From contig NMRA01000349.1 in assembly GCA_002633005.1 (NCBI GenBank), forward strand, positions 275,106 through 339,105: 64,000 nucleotides of DNA. The letters are read 5' to 3'. Numbering within the stretch: the first letter of the stretch is position 1; every line of letters starts with the position of its first letter. Under the pieces are notes generated by a model, which worked only from the letters and a program-made list of their open reading frames with translations, ran no database searches and was not told where the DNA came from. Source of the stretch: Phoronis australis. Lineage: Eukaryota > Animalia > Phoronida. The position numbers were made by a program, and so were the translations under genes. Of this stretch, positions 25,901-37,900 are shown piece after piece.

Positions 25901-28900
25901 TGGTATTTTTAAATATGGGTTAGCATCAGGTCACTGTTTAAAACATCCTTGCTGGATTACATGAGCATCAGATGAAAGCAGACAATAAGAAAGCTGGACT
26001 TTGTAAACATTGGTTTGCCACTGTCAAACTGATAACAACAGGGCTGTATCCTGACTGACCAAGCAGTCAATCAGGAATCAGCAGTTTAAAGTTAAGTCTA
26101 ATTTCTCCCAAAGTCAACAACTTTTTTAGTAATAGCATTTCATAAAGAACGTGGTTGTTTGCATTTCTCATAGTGCTAACAGATGAGGGAAATCTGACCT
26201 AGGGTAAACATGCCCTAAAAGCCAGAAAGTTGAGCATCTTTTATCCATCTTTGCCTAAGGGCTGGTACTCCATTTGTGAATCAGCCACCTTGAAATTCAC
26301 CCCATGGCTGATGTGGGGCTATTTCCATTGGGGTGTCAGGTGACTATAGTCAGGATCCAGGGGCGGATCCAGGATTTTGAGTAAGGGGCGGGGGGGGCAG
26401 GACAAAGGAATAACCAGAATTTCGCCAGCCTAAAATGTACAGATGTAAGGGGTCTTGAAGTTTTGGGACCTTATGACTAAAAAAACGGGTAAACTCGGTG
26501 TGTTCATGGCCGCTATGCATTGTGCATTCCGCCCCCTCCCCCAATCCCCTCTAGGTGCGCGCATGTTCCAGTCAGCAATTCGTACCCTGAACTGTAATTT
26601 CTAGAACGGCGGACCTTTGATATTTTGCAAATATCGACACTATAGTTTTTGTTAAGGCCCTTGATGCAGCTTAAATAGGGGAGAGGTAAAGCTATATACA
26701 CGATGACACTCAGCTCTATGTTCCTGAAATGAGACGGAATTCATAATACCAGAAATGTGGTTACTCACAAAGAACAGCACTTAAATTCGGATGTTACGTG
26801 GTCCAGAAAGAGTACATTCTCGCATTACCCCAGCCAATGAACTTTCAAATCGGTCGCACTTAAATGAGTGATAACACCTCATTTCATATTCGGACGAAAC
26901 TATGTGGTCGGAGAATGACTCGAAATTTTTATCTGGTTATATTTTGCATGTTACTTAAGTTGCTTAATGGCTGAAAACGGCAACAGCCCAGTATTCCAAT
27001 GGTTCACTACTCTGAAGGTTCACTACTCCAATCAAAGGTTCATTGCACGAAAAATATCTATAATTTCGGATTCAGCTGTAGTTTTTTAACATTTACGGTA
27101 TTAGATGTACTGAGTGGTGTACCAGCATAACCGAAACAAATTTCGTATTTCATGTGCATGAGAAATTGCCTACATCTGTGTCTTACGAATTTGGAAAATG
27201 AGTACAGTGTACTTGCATTTTTAAAGGAATATGAAGTAGGAATATTGAATTATCAACCATGGCATTCATCAAATTCATATCAAGATTGCATCATTTCACA
27301 GCGCAACTGAAAAGTTAATTAGGGCCGCTGCACCTCAATCTCACCCGAGCCCGCCGGAATCACGCTCGTGGCCGAGCTGTAGGGTGCCCTGTCCTGGTCA
27401 GTTTTCATGAAGTCAAACAGTTCCATTCAGTATTCTCGAATTTAAAATAAAACGGAAGAATGGAAACGCACACACATGTACAAGTATGGATGTCAATACA
27501 CCAATCCACTATTAAAGTCGACACTGGATGAACAACTTATTTGACAATCACTAATTTGATGAAGCGCTTGAAAATTATTACTAACTTGGTTATAATTATA
27601 GTTTGTACCAGTATCAGCAACAATTTTTTGTTGTTGCCCACTTATGTCCTATCATTAACGGATAGGCTGAGGCTGGACCTTTTCTGCAGGGGGGGTTTTC
27701 GAACCGCTGAACCCCCTGGCTACAGGCCAGTGTCCCAAATGCAGAATTTTTACCGGTTACCATGTGTGCCCATGTGCCGAGTCAGAGCACCTCTGTTACT
27801 GCACACATGCCCACACTGGGTACAAGTTGTGTCATTCCATAAGTCTGCATCTTCATCATCATTGTCATCACCACCATTAGGGCAATATATTTGCTTGTCA
27901 TGTGTGCGCATGTGCCAGGCTAGTGCAGCTCTGTTGCTGCAAACACGTCCACACTGAGTGCACACTGTGTCATTCCACGAGTCTGCATCTGTGGTATCTC
28001 CATTGATAGGTTAGTGTGTTTGATTACCATGTGAGCGCAGGTGTGAAATGAGACCTGCTCGGTTGCTACAAACACACCCACAAATTGTGCATGCTGTGTC
28101 ATCCCAGGAGTGTTCTTCATCAGACATGGGGTCGTCATATTCAATCCACGATTCTGCTTTATTTACCAACTCGTTACCATGGTCACTGTGTTGGCGTATT
28201 TGATTGACGTGTGTAGGCATGTCTAGAGCACCTCTGTTGGTGCACACGTGACTATAAGAGGTGCGAAATGGGACTTCCCAAGATAGTATTTCATTGGGTA
28301 CATGCTTATTTTCTTCAGTCGTTTGGTCGCCATATTCATGTGTATGTGTGCCGCTGTACACACCCAGAAATGTTATGCGTTCTGCATCAGTCCAAGAGTT
28401 TGTTTCATGAAGTGTCTTACCGCCATTGCTCCCACCATCATTGGATTGGTACATATGGTAATTATGTGCATGCCTATGTGAGGCCACGCCAGCGTCACTG
28501 CTGTACATAGTCCCACATCTGGCACTTTCTGTATCATCCCAGGACTGTTTTCCATTGATTGTCTTATAATCATCACTGGGTTGGAACAAACGGTAGTCGC
28601 GTGTGCGTTTATGTGAGGCCAAGCCATCACCTCTGCTTTACATAGGCTTATACCTGGCACTTTCTGCATTATCCTAAGGATTGTTCTCTACTGAGCTTCT
28701 TATAGTCGTCACTAGATTGGTACAAATGGTAGTTACGTGTGAATGTATGTGAGGTTAAACTATCTCAGCTGCTGTACACAGGCTCATACCTGGCACTTTC
28801 TACATCATACCAAGACTGTTCACCATTGAGTTACTTTTAATCATTTAACTGGATTGGTACAAATGGTAGTATGTCGTCTGTGCGGGTGTAATTCAATGAC

Positions 28901-31900
28901 TGCTTGATTTTTGTCCCAGCATGTATGGTTCACCATTTTCTGAAAATTGGGTTTGCTTGTGTGATCCAGGCTTGGATTAATGTTAGGAAATGTTAAAAAT
29001 CATTTATTGCAAATGGAGAGCCATTGGTGTGTCTGTTATTCTTTTGCCTATTTGTAGGTCTGTTAGTCTAGTTTTCAGGTCTATTCGATTGGTATTCAGG
29101 TCTATTAGTCTGGTTTTCAGGTTTTTTTGTCTGGTTTCCAGCTCTATTAGTCTGGTTTCCAGGTCTATTAGTCTGGTTTCCAGGTATTTTAGTCTGGTTT
29201 CCAAGTCTATTGGTCTGGGCATATTCAGGACAGCAAATAGCGGTTGGTGGCCCAAACATTCAGGTTGTGGTTTTAATTTGACCTTGGGAATGTCAGTTAT
29301 TAATCCATTATATAAAAAATAGTCGATCTTTTTTTCTTCATTGTCTGGGTACAAATGGAATTGGGTGTGTTCTTCTAAGACTTTCTTTGCGTTGGAGATC
29401 TTAAAGTTGAAGTCGCCTCCAACAAGTATTTTCAATCCCTCCTGTTTGCTTAACTCATCCAGCAAAAGCAGAAGCTCTTTGAATATGGTTTCCTTTTCTT
29501 CCTTCTTTACTTTTAAATGACGGCCGTGGTAAGTGGCCACAAGAAGTTTTAGATTCGGCTCGGGCTTTGATTGTAACTTTGTGATGAACAGCCTGTTTAA
29601 AAATTCACTGTTATTAGATACCAGGGACGTCTCGAGAAGTTCCTCATGTTTGGGCGTTAAGTCATATTCTTCAGTCTGCAGTTCATTTACATCGTACACG
29701 AAACATGTTGATGAGTAAGGTCTGTCTTCTTTTCCCTCCAATACCTCGTAACACCTGGGTTTAAAGGAGTCTGCATTTTTGTTCAGGTGTTTTTTTTTAA
29801 ATCTATCTGCATTGCTTAACTCTTGCAGAAACATCAGGGCCCGGTCTCCAATCTTTTTACTCGAAATGGAACTCGAAATTAGGTTTGGCATTTTCTACTC
29901 TACTTTTGGGCGAACTCAAGATAAGTGTCTATTATTCTATGCTCGAGTATACAATAACTTACGTAGATAATTTATTGCCCTTAGTTCACAGTTTGTAAAC
30001 CCAATATTAAAGCAATAAGTTCGAGTTTGAACTCGAAATTTCGAGTTTTTACTCGAGATTGTAGCACGAATATAAGGGTCTTCAAGGGCAAACTTGAACT
30101 AGAAACTCCTATGCATTAACTATAATGTATTCGAGCACAGTCTGATAACCAATTATCTTAAGTTCGCACAAAAGGAGCAGAGAAATTGCCAAAAATAGTT
30201 TCGAGTTCGTTTCGAGTACAAAGATTAGAGACCGGGCCCAGATGTGGCTTTTTTGCCTCCAGCAAGTCGCGTATGTATGTATATGCTTCCGTGGTGTTCC
30301 CTGATTTAGGGCCTGCATTCAAGTTTATTAATTTAATCTTCATGATTGTGTGATGTATGTTTGTCTGCTTTTATATCAGATGGGTGGTTGATGCATATTG
30401 TCTTTGCTGTATGCTATCTGAAATGTGTCAAAAAGGAATAATTAGTTATAGAAGAGAACAATACATGGAAATATGAAAAATGAATGTAGTTTGAAATCAT
30501 TTTTTATGTAGTGATATTTCCTTGTTACAGTGTAACAGTGTTTAAAACTACAAGACGCGATTATCATATTTAACAGAGTGTCTTTACTGTAAAACAAAAT
30601 TTATAGGTGTTCGTACTGAAGTAAACTAACCAAAAAATTAAATGTACACCATGTTGTTGTTGTTCACTACTAATTACCAGGAAATAGAGAACATGGATGT
30701 AGTCCATGTAGGTGTTTGCCAGGAAATTCCCGACATTTTGAAATGTCTCGGGAATTTTTGTCTGATGTTGGGAGAACAAGTTTTTATGAGTATTTGCGAG
30801 TCAGAAACCAAAAGTCACAAATTGGCAGATTTCACCAGTGTGGGTTCCTGGTTTCTTGGAATTATTGATGTACCATAATTTGGTTGTGCCTAAGCTATAC
30901 TTACTTGTTGTTTTCTGAGCTTCACACAATGCCAGTCACCCTGGTATCTGCTGTTCTTTTTAAGATTCTAAACTGTGTCAACTTAAAGGTAGTGTTATCA
31001 CAGTTGAGTCCTTTCTCAGCATTAAATTCCCCTGGACTGTTAAAACCAATACCAGGATCCAATATAGATTCATGTTCCATTATACTTGACAAATAAACCT
31101 ATTGTGTTGGTATACAATGCTGTGGTAGTATTTGTACATTGTGTACCACTATCCTAGAGTGTAAAAATCAATTTCCACTATCACGATCTAGTCTAGAATC
31201 ATTCTCCCATAGTCAACCACTTTTCTCCATTTGAAGTTTTTTTAGTAATAGCATTTCATGAAGAACACGTCTTCTTCACATTTGTGGAATGATGTTTAGA
31301 AATAGTGTTTTTACTTGGCGGAATTTTAATTCCGCCAAGTATGTTGGTCTGACAGCAAGTTTTTCTTTTTTTGTTTGTTCGCTCTCTACAGGTCGTCGTG
31401 TAGATCGGGAAGTACTGGAACGCTATTGTTTTTGGTCATGATCGGATTCAAAATGGCAGACGTGGCAGCCATTTTGTTTCCAATTTCACAGTCAAATGCT
31501 CGTAGAGGCCGCATTTTTCGACGTACAGGGCTGAAACGTGGTACAATTATTATAGAACACGTGCTACAACTGTGCCGAAAATCGTTGACTTCCAGTCAAA
31601 GATGGCAGAAATATTGACGATGGCGCATGTGCACCTTGATATCTGGCCAAAAACGTTTTCCCCTGTAGAGGGCGCATTAGCGAACCAATCACTTTCAAAC
31701 TGGTCACGTGTTTCTTGGAATTGATCAGCTTTTACAAAATATTGTTTAACCGGAAGTCACTTTCAAGATGGCGGCTCTGGCGCATTTTCACCCATTTTCA
31801 ATCGTTCTGCTGTCGCCTTTTTAACGGGAAGAGCAAATTGTTGTGTACTTAGTCACAATAACAGGATGTTTGTAGGTTGTTATTGTTATGAGTTTAGTAG

Positions 31901-34900
31901 GTTAATTGGTATTATGTCATGCGATTCCTAGTATAGGAAGTGTGTCATAGGTAACGCATCATATGTTGTTATGTAGTTGTGTGTATATATATTGTTGTGA
32001 TATGTAGAATAAATTAGTTCAGTTTTTCAGTTCAATTCTGTTCGTTTCACTGCGTAGTTCATGGAGTGTCTACTTTATTTGACAAAGTAAGATACACAAC
32101 ACAAATGACGTGAATTTTTGCATGTAGATTCCTTGAAGTATGCTCTTTCAAAATTTCTGGGATAACGGTTTCCTCAGACTTACCGTTTTCGAGTTATTTG
32201 ACTTTGAATTTCAAAAAAATACAAAATTTCAATTTTTTCGATAAATTTATGGAATGTTAAAACTATCAATTTAGATAGAATTTCGAACGGGCTTACAGAA
32301 GATATTGTCCATTTTTCGCTAGATAATACAACACAAGAGAGCAAAGCAGTCATGGTACCTGAACATGGCCAAATTTCTTTTAATGATAGTGTTCAAGATG
32401 AAATATCAAAAATGTTGCCACAGTTTTGTATGTTTTTTCATGAAAATCTTTATAGTTCTATTTTGTTGTGACCCTGCATTGTAAAAATGGAAAGTTTAAA
32501 AAAAACAAGTCCTAACTGTACTGTGGTTTGGATCATAAACCATCACATGTGAAAGCTTATATGAATTTAAATAGCCATTTCTGAGATGTGATGTTCTGAA
32601 GTTGGCCAAATTTGGACATTTATCTACAGGTCCCTCTCAACCTCAGTATCATGTGATTCACAGAACTATTTGCTATCAGTGCCATTTTGAGAAAACTTAG
32701 CCAAAATAAATCACTCTAGTTCATGTCTTGGTGATCTTAAGATCAAACACAAATTCAAGCATGGTATAAATTACCATGTAGATGTCTGAGGAACTATTGA
32801 TGCACTATAACCGGCTTGTGTCTAAATTGTACTTACTTATTGCTTCCTGGCCTTCATTGCCAGTCACCCTGACAGTCCTATTTAAGATTCTAAACTGAGC
32901 CAGCTGATTAATAAGGTAGTGTTACATAATTGTGTACTTCCTGGTTGTTTGCATTTCTCAGTACTAACAGGTTGTGAGGCAAATCTTACCTCAGGTAAAC
33001 ATACCCTAAAGGCCAGGAAACTAACCTGTTTGGCAACTTTTATTCACCCTTACAGGAGTGCTGATACTCCATTTCTGAATCAGCCAAATTGAAATTCACC
33101 CCATGGCTGATGTGGGGCTATTTCCATAGGGGTGTCAGATGACTAGTCTGAGGCTGATATAATGAGAGTGCTTGATAGATTTCAAAACATACCAACTTCA
33201 ACCTCTGCATGAGTTCAGTTTGTTAAAACTGCAAAAAATTTAAGTAAAAGCAATTAATGTATTAGTTATTAGAACCAACAACTGATATTCATGTTCGTTT
33301 GAACATCTCAGTTACTGTAAACTGCAAACATTAAATGATTTGATGAAAAAAACTTTAATTTTCATCTAAGCATCATTACAACAGAAGTTAGGTCTAGTGG
33401 ACTTTAGTATTGACTTAGTCAGAATAATTAAATAAATATCCATGCTGAGCAATTTGGCAACAAAGTTGTAACTTTTGTCGAAGCTGAAAACTTTCACAGT
33501 GACATTAACACATAAGTAATTGCCCAGTTGTATACCTTTCAGATGAAACTGAACACGACTTTGTCAAGTTGGTGACGAATCATTTAACTGAAGTTCACCT
33601 TGGGACTGCTCCTGACAAACTGAACCAGGTAGGATTGGCTGGCACAAGTTCGTCTAAAAGTTAAAGTCTCCAGGTGGCTCTACTTTGGTCGTGTTCTCAT
33701 AGTGCAGCAAATCAAGTTCTAGGCGCAAAATCTGTCGTTAGTTGGGTTACGTAATCATGTTTTTTGTTGTACGTTTGTTAGAAAAATGAGAAGGTACATT
33801 CATTTGATACAACACTGGGTATCAATTACTGTAACAGTTCTTTGATCAAATCATACAAAGCAGTAACAGTATGTTATGCCTAAAGTTTGTTTTTGACCTG
33901 TGTACCAGCTTTTCAGCCTCAGAAAACCTAAACGTACTGTGTAAATGCTAAGGCTCGTCTCCTTTCGCGTGAACTTTAAACCTGTACTTACATCACTTAT
34001 TTCAGAGGTTACACAAACACTTAGACATCCTCAGACTAATGTCACGTGACTGCAAGATTAATTTGTTAATTAACTGTATGCTGAACAAAGTTAAGATCAC
34101 TGCGCTCCGCCCAGATTTCGTTAACAAGCTGCTTCACGTGATTTCTGTTTCTCTGTTATTTTAAATGAGGATAATCTTACTGTAATATGCCGTTTTTTGT
34201 CACTAATATAAACATGATTATAGATAATGAATGAAGGTTCACTGTATTGTGAATTGAGTATGAACTGTAAGTACAGCTGCAGTTAAGTTCTTCTGGACAA
34301 CACCCTGGGTATTGAGGCTGACATTAAACTCCACTCATTTCTGGTGAAAATCAGAATAACGAGTGTCCCTTGCGACTCCTGGGTACTAACGTACGCATGG
34401 GCGTATGTTTTGCGTACTGCTCAAAAAGCTGAGATAGATGAAATATCGAAGACATCACATCAAGGGACCATTACAGAAATCTCCGTCTTAAACCCAGCCA
34501 CTGGTTCATCTTTCAGGCTCACCTGCAAACACGAGAATGGTTGTCCAAGTGTTTCCTAGAGCAAGCAGCGGGGGACAGTGTAGACCCTCAGGTCAGTGTA
34601 GTAATCTGCTGTTGTATTAATTGTCTGGTCACAATGAGGAAATATGTCGCCAATTGTGCTTGAGTCGAAATTCACTAACAGTCCTAAAAAGCAATATCGA
34701 TGACTTGTCGTTAAAAGTGATTTTATGCTCTTTAAAATTCTGATGGTTTACGAAAATGTTTAACTGAGGTCTTGATCATCATTTATTTTAAGCTTTGGTT
34801 TGAGTTAAAGTCTCCTCAGGATCTATAAGCAATGCGGACACAAACCAGTGGCCAGAGTCACAAATACATCAATGAGATGTAGGTGATTACCAATCACAAC

Positions 34901-37900
34901 ATTCACTATGTTCATAGATTATAGACAACAGATTTGCAACTCCGGCATATTCTTACGAGCCGAGTTGACCTCTCCTAACCTATCTGCTGCAGTTTCCGGT
35001 CAGTTTTAATTTGACGAGAAATACCTGCATCTACTTTACTGTCCAAAACAGCGAAAAAAACATTACTTTATATTAATTTCGGTATTGAAACGCTCTTCAA
35101 AATCTTTCAATAGTAGAAGTGTTGGTATTGTGAGTACTTTTGGCAATGCTACTGGTAATTAATTTCAAAATTCAAACTTCGGTTCCGACCTTTTATGTCG
35201 TCTGCTTGCCCAATAGCAGCATAGTTATCGGACAGTTTTTGATTTACGGTTCACATAGGCCTACTGAGAAAACTACGAAAGCGTGTTTATAAATCAACAT
35301 TCTCAAGTGAGCAGTTCTTCTGGGCAGTGTTGAGTGGCCCTTAAAAGGGCCGTTGGTTGTAGGTATAGCGTGAAATGGTTCTTAAAAGAACCGTTGAATA
35401 ATTCAACATAAATCACACAGTATGCCATGCTCACTCAAGTACTGAAGGTCCTCTTCATTAAAGTTTTCATCTGGAAAGGTTGGATGAAAACAGAGGAGAT
35501 GACAATATCGATGACAGTTGTAACACCTTAGATAGATATCACCGTTCACCAACGTTGTCACGAACCCTGCATCGTTCAGTTCTTGTTCCTGTATCCACAA
35601 ATAATCCTGAACTGTAGGAAAAAAATGACAAACAACACAACGAATCAAATTTCGAAAATCATCGCCTTCGTACGATTCCGTGTTGCTGTCACCAGACTGA
35701 TGTTCTTCCCCAACGTCCATCGTAAAAAATCGACGTTGCAAGTGATGGAAACTTGTCTACGCTCTCGTCCTTTGTTTCTAACCTTTAACCCATTTTTTAA
35801 TAAAGGGGTGTACTGTTTTTGGCTCATGTTGATAGTGCATAATCTATGATTTTACAATGTATTAATAGTGTTAAATGCATATATATGAACTGGTCTCATT
35901 GAGGTGCACAGCAAATAAATTAACTATAACAAATTAAAGTTTTGAAAATATAAAGAGCAGTAACAGACTCCCTAAAAATTAGGCTTGTTTTCGAAAGGTT
36001 TGCGCCATTGGTGATCCGATTGGTTCAATCGCTTGCGGCGGGAAAATTGATAGACCCAGTTATTGTGCGCGTGTACACTGTATCAATGCTTTGTATCTTA
36101 TTCTTATTTGTCTAATCTGTTGATACAGTAAATTTCCTTATTTATGCCCATCCTGATTTAACCCCGACTTGAGCTCCTTGGGTTTTACCATATTGGGGCT
36201 GTCCAGGGACTCACGTGCATGCGCGCACCCAGTCTTCAAAATGGGGGGCTCGAATTCCTGACGTTATGGAACTGTTGTTAACAAGAGAGCGGGCAGACCT
36301 TTTTGCCCACTTCGCCAAATGGGGGGGGCTCGAACCCCCCCCCCTCTGAGTGGCGCACATGACGTGGTGCTTACTCGAATGAGTTTCATTTTAGCGGCTA
36401 TTTCCAATTGTGTAGGTGAAGTAAATTAACAAAGTGGATGATTATCATCACCGGTATTTCATCATTAGTATTTTTGTCGGCCTCTCAAGTTTTCCGTGGC
36501 TAGGGATTGTCACATCTGTAAGGTAGACGTGTTTCAGTGAACCTCCATGTTTGTGGCGTTATTTATACCTGACCAAACTTTGAAAAAGAAGCCCGCGTTT
36601 AAACCAGGAGCTGCATTGGGTGCAATTTGTGTAGACGTTTCATGCGCGCACCCAGCCTCTAATACGGGGGCTCGAATCTCTGGCAAAGTGGACCTTTTGC
36701 TAACAAAAAGCGTGAGAACTAAAATAAAAAACGGGGTGCTGCCGTATTGTGGACTTTCGTCTCTTTCTCTTGGACTTTTCCCCTGGGTGCGCGCATGCGT
36801 TTGTCTACGTTGCTAGTTTTTATAAAGGTGGGCCTGTCTGTAGCCAACTACGGTAAATTCATAAAAGGTCACGTGCAGTGCAACTCAAGTTCATTACAAA
36901 TTAAAAATCCGAACTTTCAAACCGTTTGATCTGAGTTGACATCTCAAATCAAAATTATGAAAATGCCACATAAAAGTATGAAATTGAAAATTAGCACACG
37001 TCAGCTTCACGTCCCTACCACCCCCTTTATCTTGCTTGCTACCTCTTAGGGTTCATTTCCCTTGCTTCCGAGGTTTTTCGTTATTCTGGTATTTTCATAG
37101 ACTGCAGCGTACTTGGCTAAGATGGTTCAAGTTTTGTGCGGCATACAGTCGACATAAATAATTGAGTATGTAACCTGCTGTTGAATTGCGGGATAGATTT
37201 TGACAGGTCCAGGTATTTATTTCTGAAGTATTAATGTAATCTTTATTTATGTTAAAGGTTTTACTAGCGTCCTATTTATTTGTACACGAATGTGAATTTG
37301 TTGAAATCGCTGATCCAAATCCTGGCCAAATCTGCGCATTATGCTGAGACCAACCGTCTGATCAGGGCCACCTAAGAGTAATTTGGTTAATTCGCTCACT
37401 AGACTATGGCTGAAGGTCCTCGTAAGGACAAGAGTTCACCAGTCACTACCATTGGAAGAAATTTAGCGGACATTTTTCGTCAAAAAGTTTACCAGATAGT
37501 TTTCATCAAAACGGAGAAAAGAAAAATGGATTTGTGAAGACAGGATTAAGTAGTAGGCCTACCAGAGCCTCTTAAAAAACACCCATCTTCGAAGTGTCGT
37601 GAACAAATGTATGAGTTTTTTTTTGGAAGAAAAACTTCCATTCACGTCGACGCAAGAACATAACTTTTTCTCCCAAAGCGGATTTTGTGGTCTTCGTACA
37701 CTATGGAAGCTAACGCCTCTGCATTTCGCCTGCGTAGCCGAACAACCGGCCACACAGCAACCGACCATGATTAGCAGCTATGTTCAGTCATAGTATTCAG
37801 TAGTCTGACGTATAATAGTTTTAGTTTGGCCTCAGGATTTGAAAACCTGCCATACCGAATATCTACGAATTAAGCCCAAGCACATAACATATGATTGTGA

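Noticed and set aside
29838-30238. MITE removed as an intron, restoring EEP copy B
   Set aside because: The ends are not GT-AG, and the nearest internal GT/AG pair gives an immediate TGA.
16999-32101. One 15-kb full-length LTR retrotransposon carrying the EEP genes
   Set aside because: Each LTR has its own matching TSD, no gag/pol is present, and a host FAM114A exon lies between them.
35336-35720. A histone gene upstream of the stem-loops
   Set aside because: No histone-fold or H1-like Lys/Ala-rich ORF was seen in any frame nearby; the adjacent ORF is acidic and Cys/His-rich.
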